Of a stretch of DNA of 64,000 bases, positions 32,476-42,800 are shown piece by piece. The notes beneath the pieces are model-generated. The model saw only the letters and a list, made by a program, of their open reading frames with translations, was not told the origin of the DNA and did not search any database. The DNA is taken from the NCBI GenBank assembly GCA_045597865.1, contig JAZLKX010000028.1, positions 32,001-96,000 of the forward strand. Direction: 5' to 3'. Positions within the stretch are counted from its first letter, which is position 1. Every line of letters begins with the position of its first letter. A program made the translations under genes and the position numbers. Source of the DNA: Bacilli bacterium. GTDB taxonomy: Bacteria > Bacillota_I > Bacilli_A > RFN20 > CAG-826.

Positions 32476-33780
32476 TTATTTCACCCCGCATTTAATTTCT
32501 TTTCCAGTGTGTGGAACAAGTTTTCTATCTCTTAAAACGAATTTACCACGGATGATAACGTGTTGGAACTCACCTGCTCCAAGAATGCCATCATAGATTG
32601 AATAATCGCATGTTCCGTGATTCTCTTTTTCGAAATAATCTGGGATTTCTTTGAAGATTGAAATGTCTGCATCTTTGCCAACAGAAATCTCGCCTTTTGT
32701 AGGGAAATCCTGGAGAATTGCAGTGTTTTTTGACATTTTTTCAATGATTGGATCACCAAATCTTTTATACATAGTTGAGAAGCTGTGTTCGATTCCACCA
32801 ACGCCTAATGGGAAGCCCATAAGGTGTGGATAATCTTTCTCTTTTTTCATAAATGCACAATGGTCGGTGCCAATGCACATTACGTCTGTATAGTATGCTG
32901 TTAAGAGTTGTCTTTCTCTTTCACTTCTTAGAGGAGGAGCAAATGTAAATAGCTTGCCATTCTTCTCTTCTAAGACTGAATTATTGAATACAAAGTATTG
33001 AGGACAAGACTCAACAATGTAGTTTTTGTTTAAGATATCACTAAATTGTTCTTTTAGAGCTTTAAGTGTTTCTCCGCTTGAACAGTGAACCATATAGAAA
33101 TTACCGCCAACTTCTCTAACTAGCTTTGCTAGCTTTAAAGCTTCACTAGTTTCAGAAAGTGATGGACGTGAGACTGGTAAATCTTTGAAAGTATAACTTT
33201 CTCTAAGATCAATCATGTTGTCATTTTCGATATGAGCTTCAATCATTACATCATATTTCTTTGAAAGTTCGAGTAATGTCTTGATATCTTTATCATAGGT
33301 TCTGCGTCCGGTATCAGAATAAGTTGTAAACAACTTAATTGTCTTCATACCGAGCTTTTTGACGGTTTTAACGTATTCTTCAAGGTCGCCGTTTGGAATC
33401 TTTATGCATGCGTGCATATGGTAGTCAACTATGGATTTCTTTGCCAAAGCAATTCTTTCATAGTATGACTTTTCTAATTCCTCGGCATTACTTGTAGGAT
33501 CTAAGAAATCTACAATAGTAGTAACACCGCCATAGGCGGCTGCAACACTACCAGTGTAGAAATCATCGCACGATGTAACACGACCACAATTAAGCTCAAA
33601 GTGAACATGTGGATCAATTAAACCTGGTAGGATTCTTAATCCTTCAGCGTCTAATACATCAAAAGCGTTTTTGATTTCATCTCCGATATAAACGATTTTC
33701 TCGCCTAAAATAGATAAATTGGTTTTAACCCATTTACCTTCTAGGTAGACTAATCCGTTTTTAATCGTTAAATCGTTCAT
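32476..33780 (-). CDS. Dihydropyrimidinase/hydantoinase (HyuA-like cyclic amidohydrolase)
   Basis: PGLIDPHVHF, AAAYGGVTT, carboxylated-Lys strand IKLFTTY, ESCPQY, PPLR, GTDHCAF. Confidence 0.87.
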   Translation of the reverse strand: MNDLTIKNGLVYLEGKWVKTNLSILGEKIVYIGDEIKNAFDVLDAEGLRILPGLIDPHVHFELNCGRVTSCDDFYTGSVAAAYGGVTTIVDFLDPTSNAEELEKSYYERIALAKKSIVDYHMHACIKIPNGDLEEYVKTVKKLGMKTIKLFTTYSDTGRRTYDKDIKTLLELSKKYDVMIEAHIENDNMIDLRESYTFKDLPVSRPSLSETSEALKLAKLVREVGGNFYMVHCSSGETLKALKEQFSDILNKNYIVESCPQYFVFNNSVLEEKNGKLFTFAPPLRSERERQLLTAYYTDVMCIGTDHCAFMKKEKDYPHLMGFPLGVGGIEHSFSTMYKRFGDPIIEKMSKNTAILQDFPTKGEISVGKDADISIFKEIPDYFEKENHGTCDYSIYDGILGAGEFQHVIIRGKFVLRDRKLVPHTGKEIKCGVK

Positions 33781-36095
33781 TATTTCTTTTCCTTCATTGC
33801 CTCAAAGATCTTTTCTGGAGTAATTGGTAAGTGATGAATTCTTACGCCAAAAGCGTTATAAACAGCGTTGCATAAAACTGCTGGTGGAGTATCAATACCA
33901 ATTTCACCAACTGACTTAGCACCGAACGGTCCTGTTGGTTCATAAGAATCAGCAAATTCGGTAACAAGTTCTCCAACTTCTTTACAGGTTGGAATGTGAT
34001 AAGTATCAAATGTATTTGAAAGGAGTTTTCCTTTTTCGTTATAGATAACTGCCTCACTAGAAGCCATACCATAACCTTGAACAATACCACCTTCAACTTG
34101 GCCTTTGGCCAATGCTGGGTTGATTGTTGTGCCACAGTCAGTAACTGTAACGTACTTAATCATCTTATATTCATAAGTTTCGGTATCAAATTCAAATTCT
34201 CCAAATGCTGCCATAAATGGAGGTGGAGAAACATGACCATGATATGATTCTGTAACAGCGATTTGATGTGTATCGTTGTTATAAAGTCTTCCAGTTGATA
34301 AATCAACTAAGGAGATTTCTTTATCTCCAGCTTTGAAGACTTTGCCATCAAATTCAACATCATCTGGTTTAGCTTTAAGTTCAACTGCTGCTTCTTTAAT
34401 GAGTCTTTCTCTCATCTTGCAAGCTGCATTATATGCAGCATTACCAGAAACATAGGTTGTCGATGAAGCGTAAGCACCACAATCGTATGGAGTTAAGTCT
34501 GTATCAGATGAATAGATAATGACTTTGTCCATTGTTGTTTGTAGTGCTTCTGCAACGATTTGAGAAATAACGGTATCAGAACCTTGTCCGATATCGGTTG
34601 CACCGACAGTAACCATGTAAGAGCCACCATCATTAAGTTTTATTGTACAAGAACCCATGTCTAAGAATGGAATTCCTGAACCTTGCATAGCAATGGCACA
34701 GCCAACTGATCTAATCTTGTGGTCTCCAACTTTCTTAACTGGGTATTTCTTATCCCAATCCATAAGTTCTCTACCACGTTTAATACAATATGGAAGCTTG
34801 CAGGATTCCATAATCATTTCTGTACCTTCGGTACCTTCACCCATAATCTTAAAGATTGGTGAAGTTTCTTGCTCTTTCATGGAGTTAATCTCACGAAGTT
34901 TGATTGGATCCATGTGAAGAGCTTCTGCGAGTTCATCTATGATGGACTCGACAGCATAGTTACCTTGAATAGCACCATATCCACGATATGCGCCTGCAGA
35001 TACGTGGTTGGAGTAAACAACTTTACCACCAAATTTAACGGCTTTAACTTTGTTATAAAGTGGTAAAACCTTTGAACCAACAATCATGAAGACTGTTAAG
35101 GCGTGTTCACCATAAGCACCTGTATCAGAAAGTGTTCTACAATCGATTGCGTTAATAACGCCATCTTTGTTAGCACCAACTCTAAGAGAAATTCTCATTG
35201 GGTGTCTTGTGTAGGAACAACCAAAGACTTCTTCACGAGTGTAAACACATTTTGCAGGTCTATTTGTTCTTAAAGTAACAAGGGAAACAAACATTTCTCC
35301 ATGGAAAGCTTGCTTTCCACCAAAGCCACCACCAACTCTTGGTTTAATGACTCTAACTCTATCAACTGGAAGACCTAAGGTCTTGCAGATGATTCTACGC
35401 ATGTGATATGGAGTTTGAGTTGTAGAATAAACAACAAGTCTATTGTGCTCGTCTAAGCGTGCATTACAAGTGTGTGGCTCAATCATAGCGTGGGCTTGTG
35501 CTTGTGAATAGAATGTGTCTTCGACAACAACTTCAGATTTCTTTAATTCTTCTTCAACATTACCAACTTCCATCTCATAGGCTGCTGCAACGTTCTTCTT
35601 TGGTTCAAAACCAATTGGGAACATGTCGTGAATGCCATCTTCTGGGTGAATAACTGATTTGTTTTCGAATGCTTTTTCAAAATCTAAAACTGGTTCTAAA
35701 ACTTCATAATCAACTTTGATTAATTTCATAGCTGCTAGAGCAGTTTCTTCATCAACTGCTGCAACAGCGGCAACTTCATCACCAACATAACGAACGTATT
35801 CATCTAAGATGAACTTGTCGTATGGTGATGGTTCTGGATAACCTTGGCCCGCACGTGTAAATGAAACATGTGGAACGTTATCTTTTGTAAGAATACAGGC
35901 AACACCTGGATACTTTTCAGCTTCGCTGACATCGATAGATTTAATTCTAGCGAATGCATGTGGAGATCTTAAGATCTTAACAATTAAAGCACCTTGTGGA
36001 GCTAAGTCATCGGTGTAAACACCGCGACCTTGCATTAAGCCTTTTCCATCAACGGAAGGAGTTAAGTTGTTTACAACTTTGAAATTCTTTTTCAT
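33780..36095 (-). CDS. Molybdopterin-binding subunit, XdhD-like
   Basis: FTRAGQGYPEPSPYD, GGGFGGKQ, AYRGYGA, DIGQGSDT, GAYASSTTY, GAKSVGE. Confidence 0.92.
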   Translation of the reverse strand: MKKNFKVVNNLTPSVDGKGLMQGRGVYTDDLAPQGALIVKILRSPHAFARIKSIDVSEAEKYPGVACILTKDNVPHVSFTRAGQGYPEPSPYDKFILDEYVRYVGDEVAAVAAVDEETALAAMKLIKVDYEVLEPVLDFEKAFENKSVIHPEDGIHDMFPIGFEPKKNVAAAYEMEVGNVEEELKKSEVVVEDTFYSQAQAHAMIEPHTCNARLDEHNRLVVYSTTQTPYHMRRIICKTLGLPVDRVRVIKPRVGGGFGGKQAFHGEMFVSLVTLRTNRPAKCVYTREEVFGCSYTRHPMRISLRVGANKDGVINAIDCRTLSDTGAYGEHALTVFMIVGSKVLPLYNKVKAVKFGGKVVYSNHVSAGAYRGYGAIQGNYAVESIIDELAEALHMDPIKLREINSMKEQETSPIFKIMGEGTEGTEMIMESCKLPYCIKRGRELMDWDKKYPVKKVGDHKIRSVGCAIAMQGSGIPFLDMGSCTIKLNDGGSYMVTVGATDIGQGSDTVISQIVAEALQTTMDKVIIYSSDTDLTPYDCGAYASSTTYVSGNAAYNAACKMRERLIKEAAVELKAKPDDVEFDGKVFKAGDKEISLVDLSTGRLYNNDTHQIAVTESYHGHVSPPPFMAAFGEFEFDTETYEYKMIKYVTVTDCGTTINPALAKGQVEGGIVQGYGMASSEAVIYNEKGKLLSNTFDTYHIPTCKEVGELVTEFADSYEPTGPFGAKSVGEIGIDTPPAVLCNAVYNAFGVRIHHLPITPEKIFEAMKEKK

Positions 36096-36547
36096 TATTT
36101 CTTACCTCCTAAGAAAGCTTTAATTGCTTTTTGTTGGGATTGATAACCTGTGCATCTGCAGAGGTTTCCAACCATGTAATCTTTGATTTCTTCATCGGTT
36201 GGATGAGGATTTTCTTTCTTGAGTGCGTGCACCATGAGTGCAAATGCTGCATTACAGAATCCACATTGATCTGCGCCTTCTTTTGAGAAGCATTCAGAAA
36301 GTGCTGCTGCTTCATCTTGAATGGATTCAACAGTCATCACTTTGTGACCTTCAACTTTTGCAGTTAAAAGTGAACAGGATAAGACTGGTTTATCATCTAC
36401 TAATACTGTACATGCTCCGCATGAGGAACCATCACAGCCTTTTTTAACGGATTTAACTCCATAATTACGAAGTGTATCTAAAAGATACTCTCCAGGTTTG
36501 ACATTGACTTCAACATCTAAACCATTAAGGTTGAATTTGACTAACAT
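36095..36547 (-). CDS. 2x[2Fe-2S] subunit of XdhD-like enzyme
   Basis: GCDGSSCGAC, QCGFC, NLCRCTGY. Confidence 0.94.
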   Translation of the reverse strand: MLVKFNLNGLDVEVNVKPGEYLLDTLRNYGVKSVKKGCDGSSCGACTVLVDDKPVLSCSLLTAKVEGHKVMTVESIQDEAAALSECFSKEGADQCGFCNAAFALMVHALKKENPHPTDEEIKDYMVGNLCRCTGYQSQQKAIKAFLGGKK

Positions 36548-37314
36548 TATTTAGATACCTCCTCAAGAGCACGTCTTACGTATGTGAGTGCGAGTTGTTT
36601 ACGATAAGCACTCTTGGTGGCAATGCTATCTCCGAACTTAAGTTCTTCAACTGCAAGTTCGGCAGCTTTAGCAAAATCTTTGCCACCCTCATTTAAGTAT
36701 TTCATTGAATTTTCGCAAAGTGCTGCAACTAAAGGACGTGAACCTACAACGACTTTGTATTCTTTGCCTTTTACGACTGCAACATTAAGGATTGGATAAT
36801 CTAAAGCTGTGATTTCTACCTTCTTAAAATAGGCTTTGTTTTTATCCTTGAAAATACGGATATTTGTTAAAATTCCATCGTAAAACCCAGGTTTTTTGAC
36901 ATATTCATCAAGTGTAATGACTGCTTCAGGATAAAAGACAAGTTCAACATGATGAGCAAGTAAAACTGTAATGATATCAGAGAATCCATACTTGCCATAA
37001 ACTGAACCACCAACAGTTGCGATTTCTCTAAATGCTGGGCCCATAATAGCTTTGGTTGCCTCTCTAATAACTTCTGGTACGAGTGGAGATTTTTCAAGTT
37101 CTCTTTGGGAAACCATTGCACCGACTTCAACATAATCTTTTTTATCTTCAATCTTGTCTAAACCAAGAAGTGAGAGATCGATTAATGTGTCGACATCTGC
37201 GTTTCCTTTCTTTAACCAAAGACCACCTGCAACAATTTTATTACGAGGAGACTCTTTGACTAACTTGTAAGCTTCTTCTAAAGAAGATGCTCTTAGGAAA
37301 GATTTTGCTTTCAT
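36547..37314 (-). CDS. FAD-binding subunit, YgfM-like
   Basis: AGGLWL, IGAM-like VGAMV, FREIATVGGS, FSD, SAYRKQLA. Confidence 0.88.
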   Translation of the reverse strand: MKAKSFLRASSLEEAYKLVKESPRNKIVAGGLWLKKGNADVDTLIDLSLLGLDKIEDKKDYVEVGAMVSQRELEKSPLVPEVIREATKAIMGPAFREIATVGGSVYGKYGFSDIITVLLAHHVELVFYPEAVITLDEYVKKPGFYDGILTNIRIFKDKNKAYFKKVEITALDYPILNVAVVKGKEYKVVVGSRPLVAALCENSMKYLNEGGKDFAKAAELAVEELKFGDSIATKSAYRKQLALTYVRRALEEVSK

Positions 37315-37880
37315 AAAGTAAGTTCCTTTCTTTGTAATTCAATGAATTTGTTGTAATCTTCAATTGTATCAATGTCAAAATTGATAAATGGATCATCTAC
37401 TGGAATTATTTCCACCACATCATTATGTTTAGAAATAAAATCACAGAGCTTAGAATCTAAAGATTCTTCACACAATAATTCAACATATTTCTTTGAAATA
37501 TAAACAGGATGTCCTGTTTCTCCTTCATAAGAAGGAATACGGATATCCTTGTTTCCGTGAAGCAAAGCTTCAATTGTTGAATTATTCACATTTGTGATGT
37601 CACCTGGGAGTATGAGCACATCACTCTTGCTTGCGCGTGCGCCAGCAAGCACCGATGTAAACATGCCTAAAGAAAAATCCTTGTTATAAATAACCTTAAC
37701 ATCAGACAAATGAGGAACGAGTTCATCATTATATCTTCCGGTTACAACAAGGATTTCATCAACGTAATTTCTTAAAGAGTCAATTGTATGACGAATAAGA
37801 GGTTTACGATCTACCTCCAGGAGGAGCTTATTAACTTTGGCTCGGGATGAACATCCTCCCGCAAGGACAATTCCAACCAT
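37311..37880 (-). CDS. mocA: Molybdenum cofactor cytidylyltransferase (MocA/YgfJ family)
   Basis: IVLAGGCSSR..NKLL, GMFTS, PGD, GHPV, DIDTIEDY; first gene of a Mo-hydroxylase operon. Confidence 0.85.
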   Translation of the reverse strand: MVGIVLAGGCSSRAKVNKLLLEVDRKPLIRHTIDSLRNYVDEILVVTGRYNDELVPHLSDVKVIYNKDFSLGMFTSVLAGARASKSDVLILPGDITNVNNSTIEALLHGNKDIRIPSYEGETGHPVYISKKYVELLCEESLDSKLCDFISKHNDVVEIIPVDDPFINFDIDTIEDYNKFIELQRKELTL

Positions 37881-37906
37881 TAAGTTTCTCCTATGTGTGT
37901 GCCTAT

Positions 37907-37935
37907 ATTTTACACGTATATGTAAGAGGTTTCAA
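37907..37935 (-). promoter_or_regulatory. sigma-A promoter of the 14-gene operon
   Basis: TTGAAA-17 nt-TAAAAT, then SD AGGAG; TTACA-N6-TGTAA repeat overlaps spacer and -10. Confidence 0.75.
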
Positions 37936-37951
37936 TAATTTGTTATATAAC

Positions 37952-37986
37952 AAAAAAAGGATTACCGATTTGGCAATCCTTGTTTT
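37952..37986 (-). terminator. Intrinsic terminator
   Basis: AAGGATTGCC-AAATC-GGTAATCCTT plus U-tract on minus strand. Confidence 0.8.
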
Positions 37987-38003
37987 GATTAAATTTTAAA
38001 GAA

Positions 38004-38687
38004 TTATTTTAAGAAAATTGTGGAGACAACTGCTGCACAAATCATAACTGCTGCGAAGACTGGTGAATAAGCAAAATGTTGGACTTTTGCAGTGAATTTT
38101 GCGAAATTTGGACGCTTTTTAAGTGCTCTAACACCAACACCGATTCCCATGTATGCAGCGCAATATGCAAACGAAATTGCATTCATTGTGACAACGTATT
38201 CAAGAATCTTTGACCAGTTAACAATTCCATCTACGATGTATGCACTTTGGAATGGAACTGCTGTTGCCATTGAATAACCAACATAAACGGTTCTAATAAG
38301 GGTTGAAGCAACAACGAAAGTAACAAAGGATTTTAATGAACAAATCTTTTCTGGTTTTGTAACTGCAAATGCTGCAGCCATAATTCCAGATTCCATAATG
38401 ATTGCTACCATTGGGTTGATAACCTTGTTAACCATTGGAACAAAGAAGAAACAAATAGTCTTAATTGCTGCGGCAACAATACCTACATATAAAGCAGTTC
38501 TGGCTTTGCCAGTTACTTTGTATGCTCTACCACAGATCATATAAGCAATTGGGAACATGACAGCTGTTGATGCAAAAATAATTGAATCAAATGCATCTAA
38601 ATGTAAAAGAGTTCCTAAAGTTGCTTCAAGTAAGCCCCAAAGGCCACCGAGCATTAAGACTGTAATGATGAGTTTTGATTTTTTCAT
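38004..38687 (-). CDS. Multi-pass membrane protein, possibly ECF S-component-like
   Basis: About 6-7 hydrophobic helices, GGLWGLLEATLG N-terminal motif; SD GAGGTG before ATG 38687. Confidence 0.6.
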   Translation of the reverse strand: MKKSKLIITVLMLGGLWGLLEATLGTLLHLDAFDSIIFASTAVMFPIAYMICGRAYKVTGKARTALYVGIVAAAIKTICFFFVPMVNKVINPMVAIIMESGIMAAAFAVTKPEKICSLKSFVTFVVASTLIRTVYVGYSMATAVPFQSAYIVDGIVNWSKILEYVVTMNAISFAYCAAYMGIGVGVRALKKRPNFAKFTAKVQHFAYSPVFAAVMICAAVVSTIFLK

Positions 38688-38872
38688 AAATTTCACCTCG
38701 CTAATAATGAGTTTATCAAAATATTTTTGCTTCAAAAAGTAAAAATTTTTGCCTCGCGCGCGCTCAGTTTAACCTTGAAACTGCGGGCGCATAAAAATTA
38801 TTTTTAATTTAATAAGAGAGTGCTATAATTTGTCTCGTCGATTTTAGCAGCAAAAAGTTGGTATAAATTTTT

Positions 38873-39424
38873 ATGAGACTCGTAAACAAAAGACCAGTAT
38901 TCAGAATCACATTTCTTGCTCTCAATTTAGCACTCTATATTGGGTTATCTTTTATCTCAATTCGTTTGCCTGGACAAGAGATTACTTTTAAAGGTTTGCC
39001 GCTCGTCTTTGTTTCTTGCGTTTCAGGACCATTGGATGGGGTTTTTGTGGCGATTTTCGGCGAATTTATCGCACAACTTACTTCTGCTTATGGCTTAACA
39101 CCAACCACTGCATTATGGATTTTACCGCACGTTTTCAGAGCCTTAATTGTGGGCTTTATGATGCGCAAAAAAGATGTATTTGAAAACAAAAAATGGTGGG
39201 TGTTTACTGTCATACTTTCTGGCATCGCTGTCACCGTTTCAAATTCTATCGTCATCTACCTTGATGGAGTGATTATGAATTATCCATCAGTGTTAACTGC
39301 AATAACAATGTTAACAAGAGCTGCTGCAAGTATTGCAACATCAATTGTTTATATCATATTAATTCCACTGCTTATAAAACCAATTATGAAAGCAGGAAAA
39401 CTTGAAAGAAAAAGCAGTGAATAA
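38873..39424 (+). CDS. ECF transporter S component (FolT/folate-family-like)
   Basis: 183 aa, 5-6 TMs, AxxxA in TM1 (ALNLA), LP...GPLDG motif. Confidence 0.8.
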   Translation: MRLVNKRPVFRITFLALNLALYIGLSFISIRLPGQEITFKGLPLVFVSCVSGPLDGVFVAIFGEFIAQLTSAYGLTPTTALWILPHVFRALIVGFMMRKKDVFENKKWWVFTVILSGIAVTVSNSIVIYLDGVIMNYPSVLTAITMLTRAAASIATSIVYIILIPLLIKPIMKAGKLERKSSE

Positions 39425-39435
39425 TCACTGCTTTT
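39410..39435. terminator. Bidirectional terminator embedded in convergent gene ends
   Basis: Perfect AAAAGCAGTGA-ATAA-TCACTGCTTTT spanning both stop codons. Confidence 0.7.
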
Positions 39436-39886
39436 CAAATCCCTTTTTCATCTTGGCCATCATGCGTTCATCATCACGCTTTTTAATGGTTTCTCTTTTA
39501 TCGTATAATTTCTTACCTTTTGCCAATGCAACCTCTACTTTTACTTTGCCTTTCTTAAGATAAACCTTTGTTGGGACAATTGTCATAACTTTCTCTTTTG
39601 CCTTTTTGCCCATCTTAAGAATTTCATTTTTATGTAATAAAAGTTTACGAGTTCTATTTGGTTCATGGTTGAATGAATTGCCGTGTTCATAAGGAGCAAT
39701 GTGCATGTTTAAAATAAATGCTTCATCATCCTTAATTACTATGTAAGAATCAGTTAAAGATGCTCCATTTTTACGAATGGATTTAATTTCAGATCCTTTA
39801 AGTTCAATTCCGCACTCCAAAAAATCCTCTAAGAAATAGAGAAACTTGGCTTTAGAATTGTTGACTAGAATTTTGATTCCTTCCAT
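39425..39886 (-). CDS. smpB: SsrA-binding protein
   Basis: GIELKGSEIKSIR, HIAPYEHG, RTRKLLLHKNEI, GKKLYDKRE. Confidence 0.98.
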   Translation of the reverse strand: MEGIKILVNNSKAKFLYFLEDFLECGIELKGSEIKSIRKNGASLTDSYIVIKDDEAFILNMHIAPYEHGNSFNHEPNRTRKLLLHKNEILKMGKKAKEKVMTIVPTKVYLKKGKVKVEVALAKGKKLYDKRETIKKRDDERMMAKMKKGFEKQ

Positions 39887-39896
39887 TCTTTTTACC

Positions 39897-42800
39897 TCAG
39901 TGTTTCTTCTTCAAAGCAACACATATAATAGTAATTATAGCACCAACAGCTACTGCTCCACCACCAGCAGCTCCTGCAATAACTGCAATATTTGGATTTT
40001 CCTTTGGTGGTTCAGGTGTTTGCTTTTCATTTATTTTAACAATGTAATGAACTGTTTTTTCTACACCATTTTCCTTATAGGAAACAGTAATAATATCATT
40101 ACCAGCTTTTGTTCCATTAAAACCGCTAACTGAGGTTGGTTGAACAACCTTGCTTGATGAGTTGTTGTAGAAAGCAGTTACAACTAATCCTTCCATTGAG
40201 AAAGTATCTCCGACATCATACTCAGCTTTGTAATCGCCAGAAACTTCGATATAACTAAGCTGTAATTGGATTAACTTAATTGTGTAAGTTGCAGAAACTG
40301 AAACACCATCTTCTTCGTATGAAACGGTAATTGTTTGATAACCAACTTCAGTAGAACTAAATCCACTAACATCGAATGTATCGATTTCTCTTGTAGTACC
40401 ATCAGAATAAATAGCGGTAACTTTCAATCCATCATATGTAAATTCATCACCTGTATAGAACTCTTTTGGATACTTTCCAGAGAGTTTGATGGAAGATAGT
40501 GTTACAGGTGAAATAACCGTGATTTCGTAGGTATTTTCCACTGTTTTCCCGTTTTCTTCATATTCTACAAGAATTTCTTGATCGCCTGGTTCTAACATGT
40601 CATAACCGCTAATTGATGTAGGCTCAACTATCTTGCTTGAACCATCGTCATAATGAGCTGTTACAATCAATCCATCAGAGTTAAATTCTTCACCTAATTC
40701 AAATTCTTCTTGGTAATCTCCAGAGAGGGAGATGTGTGTCAAGACAACAGGAATTTCTTCAACATTAATTTTGTATGTTGCATAAAGTTCACCATAATAA
40801 ACTGTTACCGTTTGTTCTCCTGCTTCTTGCATATCATAACCAGTAATCTCGGTTGGAGAAACTTTGCCTTCGGTTTTGTTATTGTATTTTGCAGTAACAA
40901 TCAATCCTTCACTTGTAAAAGTATCTCCTACTATGTAGGAAGTCTTATAAGTTCCAGATAATTCAATCGATTCAGCTTCAACAGCAATAACTGTTACATC
41001 AAACGTTGCGGTTTTCTCTATTCCTAATTCATTTACATATACTGTAATAGTTTGTTTGCCTACTAAATTTTTATCATAACCAATAATGTTTGTTGGATAA
41101 GTTTCTTTATGACTTCCATTGTTATAATATGCTTCAACTTTCAAACCTGCAGTAAGTAAGTCTTCTCCTACAAAGTAGGTTGTTTTGTTTGGTTCAGAAG
41201 TAATTACAATGTGATCAAGCAAAATAGCATTTACAGTAATTGAATAAGTATCAGTTACTGTTTTGCTTCCCTCAGTATAACTGACTGTTACCGTTTGTTC
41301 ACCAATTTCATCCATGTCGTAACCAGTAAATATGACATCATCTGAAACATCGATAATGCATCCATTATCTAATGTGCATTTTGCAACAATTCCAGCACCA
41401 GAAAATTCATCACCTACAAAGTAGGAAGTCTTTGATGGCTCGCTTTCGATATCTAACGAAAGTGGGGTGGCAGCAACAACAGTGACTGTGTATGTTTCAG
41501 TTAAAGTTGTTCCTTTTTCAACATAAGTAACAGTGATTGTTTGGTCGCCCAATTTTGTCTTATTATAACCTGTTACTGAGTAATTGGTTATTTGGTTACT
41601 ATCGCCATTGTTATAATTGCAAACAACAACTAAACCATCATATGTAAAATCTTGGTTTTCAATAAATGTTGTTTTGTAATTTCCTGATAAAACAATTTCA
41701 GTTGGAATAATATTACTTACAGTAATTGAATAAGAATCAGACTCAGTGACATTATTTTCGGTGTATGAAACAGTTACAGTTTGATTTCCGGCAACTGATA
41801 AATCATAACCTGAGAATTCTGGCTCAACTTGAGAATATAAACCATTACTAAATTGGGCAGTTGTTACCAAACCACTTGTATTGAGTTGATCACCAACAAA
41901 ATATGAAGTTTGATATGAACCGCTAATAGCAACATCTTCAAGTACTCGTGCACTTGGAGTTCCACCGCTATAAGTTACCTCAATTGAAATGATTTTTACT
42001 TGGCCGCTTGTTCCGCCAGAACTATTTCCTACATTATAGAAAAGTGAATCACAACTAGTTGTAATTGAACCACCTGAAACAAGTGGAACATTTTTGAATA
42101 ATAATGAACCATTATTTGCAGGTGTATAAACAATAATGACTTCATTTAATTTGTAACCTTCATCAACTGAAACAGTTAGAACTGGAGATTCACTTTGATA
42201 AATTCTCCACTCGTACCCACTTGAATAATATTTTCCAGAATTAGAGCCACCTGAAACCGAAACAGTAACAACATTATCTAAATCAAAACTTGTATATTTG
42301 CTTGAATTTGCCCAAGAATTTTCAGATGCAATACTTTGTATTGTTTTTGATACATTTACAGCTTGAGCTGGATCTTTAATAACTGAAATTGTGTATGAGG
42401 CATCAACGTTTTCTTTATAGGTTACGGTTATAGTTTTTGTGCCTACTGTACTCATGTCTGGATTAGAAATTGAGCATTTATCCGAAACATCGAAAGTTGT
42501 TCCGTTATTGTTGTGTGCAGTTATTACTAAACCTTCACTAGTAAATGTTTCGCCTTGAATGAATTCGATTTTATAATCACCGCTTAAATCAATTGAAATA
42601 ACACTAATATTATTAACTTTTACTTGATAACCAGATGATTTAGTCACTCCGCCTTCAGTGTAAGAAACAACCAGTTTTTTGTAACCTGTTGTACTTGAAT
42701 CAAAACCTGTAATAACTACTGATGAAGTTACATCAACAGTTGAGAAATCACTGTAGTGAGCATTAACTACAAGACCAGTATTATCAAAAGCGTCGCCCTT

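Noticed and set aside
26681-37314. Selenocysteine (UGA) recoding or genetic code 4
   Set aside because: ORFs are full length under code 11, and TGA serves as a normal stop (smpB, 39897 gene)
38744-38799. THF, Moco or purine riboswitch
   Set aside because: Consensus motifs not found by eye; kept only as an unexplained hairpin
39425-39897. tmRNA or rnr next to smpB
   Set aside because: No intergenic room or tRNA-like ends, and no RNase R ORF in the window
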